A DNA stretch of 64,000 nucleotides from NCBI GenBank assembly GCA_977018835.1, contig OZ361257.1:868001-932000 (forward strand), written 5' to 3'. Positions 58,422-64,000 of the stretch are shown here, piece by piece. A program made the translations under genes and the position numbers. Within the stretch, counting starts at the first letter, position 1; each line of letters begins with the position of its first letter. Source of the stretch: Minutocellus sp. GHC0000111. Its lineage: Eukaryota. The notes under the pieces were generated by a model, which saw only the letters and a list, made by a program, of their open reading frames with translations, searched no databases and was not told where the DNA came from.

Positions 58422-61400
58422 CTAGGCCTCCATGAACTTTAGTACTACCTCAACGAAACGAGTCAACGAAGTACATTCTTGTCGACAGGCAGTCGATAGA
58501 TCACTAATGCTACTCTTTGCGAGGCAGCTTTCAATATCTTTTGCAACAGTGGAATACTTGGACTCGGTGGCTCCGTCGACGAGCGTCTGGTCATTTGTTA
58601 AAATCGATCTGACTTGTGATGGAACCACAGTAAGCAGCATCTTCAACCCATCGATTAGATCTGCCTCCATTGGCTTGACTTTCTTTCTTCGGTCATGTTC
58701 ATCTGTGCCGGCGAGGATATTGCATACACGGACTGCAGCATATTTGAGAAGGGGGGCGACGGCAGAGATGATCTTGTTCGCTCGATGAATCGCTGCAGAC
58801 TCGTCGCTGTCCATGCCATCGTTATCATCTTCACCGGAACGATCAATAATCATCCCTCCGGAAACTCCGTTGTCTGATGATTCCATAGATGCTGCCATTC
58901 GCACGGCTTGAAATGCATATTGGTACCAGCTGGCATGTACGGAAGGCGTAGCAGTACCGCCTGCTGCCGGCATATCACTTTCGCCGAGGACCCAACGTAA
59001 AATCGCCATGGGAGTCACGACGCGATTCTGCACCAGCGCACCAACGTAGGCCTCAAGGACAGATTGTGAGTATGATGCCAACGCTTCAGTCTTGCGAAGA
59101 ACCCGAATCTCTCCCATAAGGAGCATGTCGCTTTCATTCAAATCACTCGATGCTTGACCTTCCTCGTAAACTTGTAAGTCACGGGCCATGGCAGCAAGGA
59201 CGACAGGCTTGTATCGACCAATGGCTTCTGTTGCATCGACGACAACATCTTCAGTTGCCTCGTCGAGGTCCTCTTCTTCCATGAAATCTCCGTCGTCACC
59301 GCCGGCGAGCTTGTCGCATGCTTTTTGCACAGCCTTTTGGGCCCGATCGAGATCTTTCTTTGCCGGTTGGAGAATAGCTTTGACAACAACGCTCGTTCTC
59401 CACCAGATTTGGGTCTCGGTCGAGTCTCCAATGCTACCAGAAATAGACTCCTGAAGTTCGTCACCGACAATGTACTCTCGAACAGCATCAGGGTCATCAT
59501 TGTGGACCCAAATTCTTTCCTCCAAATCCTTTGTAAGGGTATGTAAAACACCCCCCGAATCAGCAGTGGAATCTTCCTTCGGCAGGAGCAAATTGACCAA
59601 AGGACTTCCAGCCGGAAGACATTCCGAAACCAGGGTGTCCGGCGAGCCCTGCAACTCAATCATCTCACCAAGAGCTTCCATCACGAATTCACCACGGCTA
59701 TTTCGTTGGCTTGATTCAACAAACGCCTGTGCATATGGTGTCCAATGAGTCCAGTACGAAGATGGCCATTGGTAGGAAGTGTTGGTAAGATGCAGCGCCA
59801 GCCAATCAGCAAGAGCGGTACGTGCAGACGGAACTAGGGAGGGCAAAAAGTCCTCGAAAAGAGCCGACATTGCCGCAACGATCGCCCGGGGCATCAGTGT
59901 CGGCTGGAGCTTGGTCATTTCGAGCAACACGCGCGACAGATACAAATGGCCCAGTGGCGAGCCTGACACATCCGACCCCTCCCTGCGCTTGTTGGCCTGA
60001 ACGATGAGGGAGAGGATGGTTTCGACGATGCCATACTCGATTCCTCGTGCACTCTTGGGTCCAGTATCGCTAGATGTCGCCATGGACGAATCGCCACCCC
60101 CATTTTCTTCAGCTGGGGACTGATACTGAGGCACAAATAAGTGACCGACGGCCATGACTTGCTCGGCAACGTCACGGCAAGATCCTCGTTCTGCACCCGT
60201 CGCAGTCATGGTGGGTCTGTGACAGACGAGGGCATCCCTCACCGCCTCGGAGAGGAGGCATCTATCCAGCAGACCAAATCCCTTGGTGTAAGCGTCTTGC
60301 TCAGGGTTGCTTTGGGCTTGGTTGTCCTCGTCATCCTCGTCTTCATCGCCGAGACCAAAGACAGCAAGTCTACCGTAAACGATACCGTCGAGATTGGGAA
60401 TGCGAAGGAACACCTGGCCCTCGTTGTCAGACAACTCACCCAAGGCCAACAAGTAACGAGCGGCTCGAGATATGGTCTGAGATTGCGATCCCGCGGTGAG
60501 CGACATGATACGAAGGGGCTCTCCAGTATACACAGCACCCTTTTGTGCGCCGGTGCCATCTTCCATCGCACCACTATCAGTATCGGCAGGAGTTGGCTCA
60601 ACCGTCAGATCGGACCACGGTGCATCAGCGGGGAGAGCAAAGCACGTTCCGGCCAGGGTTCCCCTGGTGGTTGCACCATCATCACTATCGTAATGAGCAG
60701 TGACCACCGCCTTGACCGTCCTGGCAAGATCTTGCAATGTATCGCAGCAAACACCCGATCCATCGTCGTCTTCGTCGTCCTCATCCTCGTCCTCATCCTC
60801 GTCATCTTCATCAATGGCTGCACCGGCAACCTTCTCCTCCACCTGGGGACCATCCAAGAGAAGGGCTGTCAACCCAACACCAGGTCGGTACGTCGACTCA
60901 TACGTCGCCAGGAGGGAGTCCACCCGGCTCAGCAATGTCCCCTCGACGTAATCACGGGGCAAATTCGACACCACGTACGGGACGGTCGACAGGACCAGCG
61001 AAAGCAGGATGAGGGATGCATGGCGGTACGATTTGGACTGGGCCCGGACCTCGCCATCGGAGAGGGCGGCCGATGTCGATGGAGGATGAGCAGCGGCATC
61101 GGCCGCGCGGTCTGCCGCTTCGAGGAGAAGATTGAGAAGGCCGGCGATAGTATGGCCCTCGGCGGGGGAACCGGCAAAGGCAGCTGTTGTTGTTGTGGCA
61201 TCAGTGGCAGCGTCGTATCCGGCCAGGACTCCGACTCGTCCCATGAGGGCGAGGTATCGCAACGCCAACTTGGCACGAACGTAGGCATCGACGGGGATGG
61301 TGGCGGCACCATCCCACCCGTTGCCGGATAGATTCTCGCCACTGGTGGTATCATCCGAGGAGGATGGAGAATTCGACGCCGATTCATCATCATCATCGAC

Positions 61401-62306
61401 TGTAAGGCCAAGGGCAGCATCAAGATCGGAACCGAACCGCCGGGTGAGCAGATGGATGCACCGCGAGGCAAAGCCACCGTAGGCCGAGGGAGAGGAAACG
61501 TCGACGCCCAAGGTCAGAGCGGCATGAGACGGGGTCTGCGTCGGGAGGGTGACGGCGCACGACGTTAGGAGGGCCGCGAGCGGACCGCTGATATCATCCG
61601 CCTTGACGGTGGCGGGTGGAGCAGGTTTGGCCTGCTGCGCGTCGTCATCGATGGCGCCGCCGCCGCCGCCACCATTTTCCTCCGTCTTGGCGGCCCCATC
61701 GGCAGCAGCAGTAGCCTCGGCCTCAATGGCTCCTCCCTCGGTCCCATCCTCGTTTTCGTAACGCAAAAAGAGGGGAGCGTTGGATTCCGAGCACAAGACG
61801 CCAATGAGGTCGGATGCGTTCTTGGCAACGGCCCGAACGACCGGTCGAGTAGCGCTACTGCCGCCGTTACCGTCGCCGTTGCCGTCACCACTTGACGGAG
61901 GTGCAGAGCCGCTATCGGCCGCACCGACCAGATCGCCCATCTTGGCCACCATGGCGCTCAGCTGGCGGAGCATGGCAATCTTGGGATCGACACTCGTAGT
62001 CCGACTGGCGGAGAAGCGGTTGCCCGGACTTGACCTGCCACCCCTGCCGCCGCCCCTGCCGCCGCCGGGACTGCGGCGTCCCCTGCCGCCCCCTCCTCCT
62101 CGACCGTGACGATTGTAGGGAGAATGGGAGTGATGACGACGACCTCTTCCGCCGCCTCCTCCTCGGCCTCGCCCGCCATGACGGTATCCGCCGCCTCCTC
62201 CGTAGCTGGAGCGGTCTCGGTCTCGGTCTCCTCCAGACGAAGAAGGGCCATAATATCCGCCCCCACGCTCGCTGCGATCTCTCGACGAACTCAAAGCTCC
62301 GTCCAT
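58422..62306 (-). CDS. NCBP1: Nuclear cap-binding protein subunit 1 (CBP80, MIF4G-like) with RG-rich N-terminus
   Basis: CAVTLPTQTPSHAAL, YGIVETILS, Y..RVLLE..K and DWLALHLTN..YQW.W resemble CBP80 conserved blocks. Confidence 0.75.
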   Translation of the reverse strand: MDGALSSSRDRSERGGGYYGPSSSGGDRDRDRSSYGGGGGYRHGGRGRGGGGGRGRRHHSHSPYNRHGRGGGGGRGRRSPGGGRGGGRGGRSSPGNRFSASRTTSVDPKIAMLRQLSAMVAKMGDLVGAADSGSAPPSSGDGNGDGNGGSSATRPVVRAVAKNASDLIGVLCSESNAPLFLRYENEDGTEGGAIEAEATAAADGAAKTEENGGGGGGAIDDDAQQAKPAPPATVKADDISGPLAALLTSCAVTLPTQTPSHAALTLGVDVSSPSAYGGFASRCIHLLTRRFGSDLDAALGLTVDDDDESASNSPSSSDDTTSGENLSGNGWDGAATIPVDAYVRAKLALRYLALMGRVGVLAGYDAATDATTTTAAFAGSPAEGHTIAGLLNLLLEAADRAADAAAHPPSTSAALSDGEVRAQSKSYRHASLILLSLVLSTVPYVVSNLPRDYVEGTLLSRVDSLLATYESTYRPGVGLTALLLDGPQVEEKVAGAAIDEDDEDEDEDEDDEDDDGSGVCCDTLQDLARTVKAVVTAHYDSDDGATTRGTLAGTCFALPADAPWSDLTVEPTPADTDSGAMEDGTGAQKGAVYTGEPLRIMSLTAGSQSQTISRAARYLLALGELSDNEGQVFLRIPNLDGIVYGRLAVFGLGDEDEDDEDNQAQSNPEQDAYTKGFGLLDRCLLSEAVRDALVCHRPTMTATGAERGSCRDVAEQVMAVGHLFVPQYQSPAEENGGGDSSMATSSDTGPKSARGIEYGIVETILSLIVQANKRREGSDVSGSPLGHLYLSRVLLEMTKLQPTLMPRAIVAAMSALFEDFLPSLVPSARTALADWLALHLTNTSYQWPSSYWTHWTPYAQAFVESSQRNSRGEFVMEALGEMIELQGSPDTLVSECLPAGSPLVNLLLPKEDSTADSGGVLHTLTKDLEERIWVHNDDPDAVREYIVGDELQESISGSIGDSTETQIWWRTSVVVKAILQPAKKDLDRAQKAVQKACDKLAGGDDGDFMEEEDLDEATEDVVVDATEAIGRYKPVVLAAMARDLQVYEEGQASSDLNESDMLLMGEIRVLRKTEALASYSQSVLEAYVGALVQNRVVTPMAILRWVLGESDMPAAGGTATPSVHASWYQYAFQAVRMAASMESSDNGVSGGMIIDRSGEDDNDGMDSDESAAIHRANKIISAVAPLLKYAAVRVCNILAGTDEHDRRKKVKPMEADLIDGLKMLLTVVPSQVRSILTNDQTLVDGATESKYSTVAKDIESCLAKSSISDLSTACRQECTSLTRFVEVVLKFMEA

Positions 62307-62641
62307 CTTGCTTACAGTAGTAGTAGAAGCAACAGCAGCAGAAGAGTCGTCAGCAAGCAGGCAATACAAAACAATCGGCCCTTGCCGCAATGCCTTGAAA
62401 TCTTGGAAAATGAAATGACTGTTGACGGCCAGACTATGGCCTGTTCGTCGTCCGTCCCGCCGATACTAGTATCGCCGAAAGCTGCTGCTGCTGCTGCCGC
62501 TCCTTCATTTCATTTTCTGCAATTCATCGCATCAGGCAATCAGGCAGCAGTCTACTAGTACGTCTGCTGACTGAAGGAAGTTGCCGTTCAGAGGCGTCTG
62601 CCTTTGCGCATTACGGTAAGTATCGTTGTATCCCGCTGAAA

Positions 62642-63328
62642 ATGGCACATCATCTTCACCAGGCCATTAGGTCTTCATGTGGTTGGCGTCCCCTCCGCTC
62701 CGTCCTGACGCTCCTCGTGGTCCTTCTTTCATTATGCCCCGCCACTCCCACCGCCGCGGCCATTGAATTGGACGAATCCTCTCTATCGAATGAATATTTC
62801 TTTGCTTGCAGTGGAGGCAAGACGGATACTATCCGAAAACTCCTCGACAAGCACGGGAAGGATCTGGCCAACGCAAAGACCAAGGAGGGGGAAACTTGCC
62901 TTCACCTTTGTTCCATCGACACGACCGGTCAAGCAGTACATATTGCCAGGGCACTTCTCGAGGCCGGTGCCGATCCCAACGTTCGAACGACGTTTGAGCA
63001 GGGACAGCGGATGACCCCACTTAGTTGGCACACTTATGCTGGCAACTACGACATCATCAAACTTCTGTTGGACGCTGGGGCCGACATCAATACGGACTTT
63101 GATTTGCACCCTCCTAGCGCACCTGTGCAAACCATTGTAACTGCCTTGGACATTGCCGAAAAGCTGAGCGGGGTGGAGGACATGGCCGACAGCGTGGAAA
63201 AGGAGGAGAAAGATAAGAACAGCAATGGCGAAGAAAACGATCCCAGAGATCGGTTCAAGTTGACGTACGACTTGTTGAAAACAAGAGGAGGGAAGAAGTG
63301 GGAGGATATTGAACAACAAGAGTTATAA
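62642..63328 (+). CDS. Ankyrin-repeat protein with signal peptide and KDEL-like C-terminus (QQEL)
   Basis: GETCLHL, LLEAGADPN, TPLSW and LLDAGADIN. Confidence 0.82.
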   Translation: MAHHLHQAIRSSCGWRPLRSVLTLLVVLLSLCPATPTAAAIELDESSLSNEYFFACSGGKTDTIRKLLDKHGKDLANAKTKEGETCLHLCSIDTTGQAVHIARALLEAGADPNVRTTFEQGQRMTPLSWHTYAGNYDIIKLLLDAGADINTDFDLHPPSAPVQTIVTALDIAEKLSGVEDMADSVEKEEKDKNSNGEENDPRDRFKLTYDLLKTRGGKKWEDIEQQEL

Positions 63329-63498
63329 AGCGAGGATATTTGATTTGACTTTGCGTTGTGCGGGTCGGTCAAATGTCAATCAATTTCTACATGTAAGCTA
63401 ACGTCTTATTTCCCTCTGCCCTTGCTCTGTCTCTTCCCTCTCGCATCTTTCTCCTAGAGTTGGATTTATAATAATAATAATTAACGGAACGAAACATT

Positions 63499-64000
63499 AT
63501 GGATAGAGACAGCTCGGTCGCCGATGCCCAGAGCAGACTCAGCTGTGTCGCCGTCCTCGATCCCAAGAAGATGGGCGGCGCGCCAGCCTGGCAATGTTCC
63601 TGGTCCAAGGATGGTCGATTGATCGCATCGTGCCATGGAGCTCCAGACTGCTGCATTCGGATATGGAAGCACCAGCAAAATGAAGAGATGAGCGATGCGG
63701 ATCAAGGGAACCACAGCAACACCGCTGCCCCCAAGTGGGTACTGGCGGCCACCTTGTCTGATGTACACACACGGACAGTCCGTTCCGTTGCCTTTTCACC
63801 CTGCGGTAAGACACCAGTGTTGGCTTCAGCTTCCTTCGATGGCACTGTCTGTATTTGGGAACACTTTGGTGACAATACTAGTAGCGGGGAAGATCCGGCG
63901 CAACAAGCCGCCGGAGGCTGGGAATGTACAGCACAGCTGGAAGGACACGAAAATGAGGTCAAATGCGTCACTTGGAACGATAGTGGGACTCTCCTTGCAA
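63499..64000 (+). CDS. CIAO1: Cytosolic Fe-S assembly WD40 protein CIAO1/Cia1, 3'-truncated by the window edge
   Basis: My own translation (not in the ORF track): [51 protein letters not shown]. Confidence 0.9.
   Translation, partial: MDRDSSVADAQSRLSCVAVLDPKKMGGAPAWQCSWSKDGRLIASCHGAPDCCIRIWKHQQNEEMSDADQGNHSNTAAPKWVLAATLSDVHTRTVRSVAFSPCGKTPVLASASFDGTVCIWEHFGDNTSSGEDPAQQAAGGWECTAQLEGHENEVKCVTWNDSGTLLA

Overview
Eukaryotic nuclear DNA, most likely from a diatom or related ochrophyte. Support: short GT-AG introns, several bipartite plastid-targeting presequences with an ASAFAP-type 'A-F' cleavage site, and gene types typical of diatoms. About 27 protein genes are present, including an ABC1 kinase, MTFP1, HslV, shikimate dehydrogenase, an SNF2 helicase, cyclin K/T, ArfGAP, ALKBH1, NCBP1 and CIAO1. 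Mobile DNA comprises a TA-flanked MITE, an internally deleted non-LTR retroelement with a 17-bp TSD, and a decayed DD39D mariner-like transposase inserted into a large adhesin-like gene. The outstanding feature is a nuclear psbA (photosystem II D1) gene at 20738-22267. It has a signal plus transit peptide, a spliceosomal intron and GC-rich nuclear-type codons, so it looks like a domesticated gene transfer rather than a raw plastid insertion. This copy carries a ~10-nt deletion and a 100-nt tandem duplication in helix C (net in-frame). Several other genes also carry small frameshifts, and intergenic DNA is full of TA-flanked palindromes resembling Tc1/mariner excision footprints. All protein identifications come from motif recognition by eye; no database search was run.
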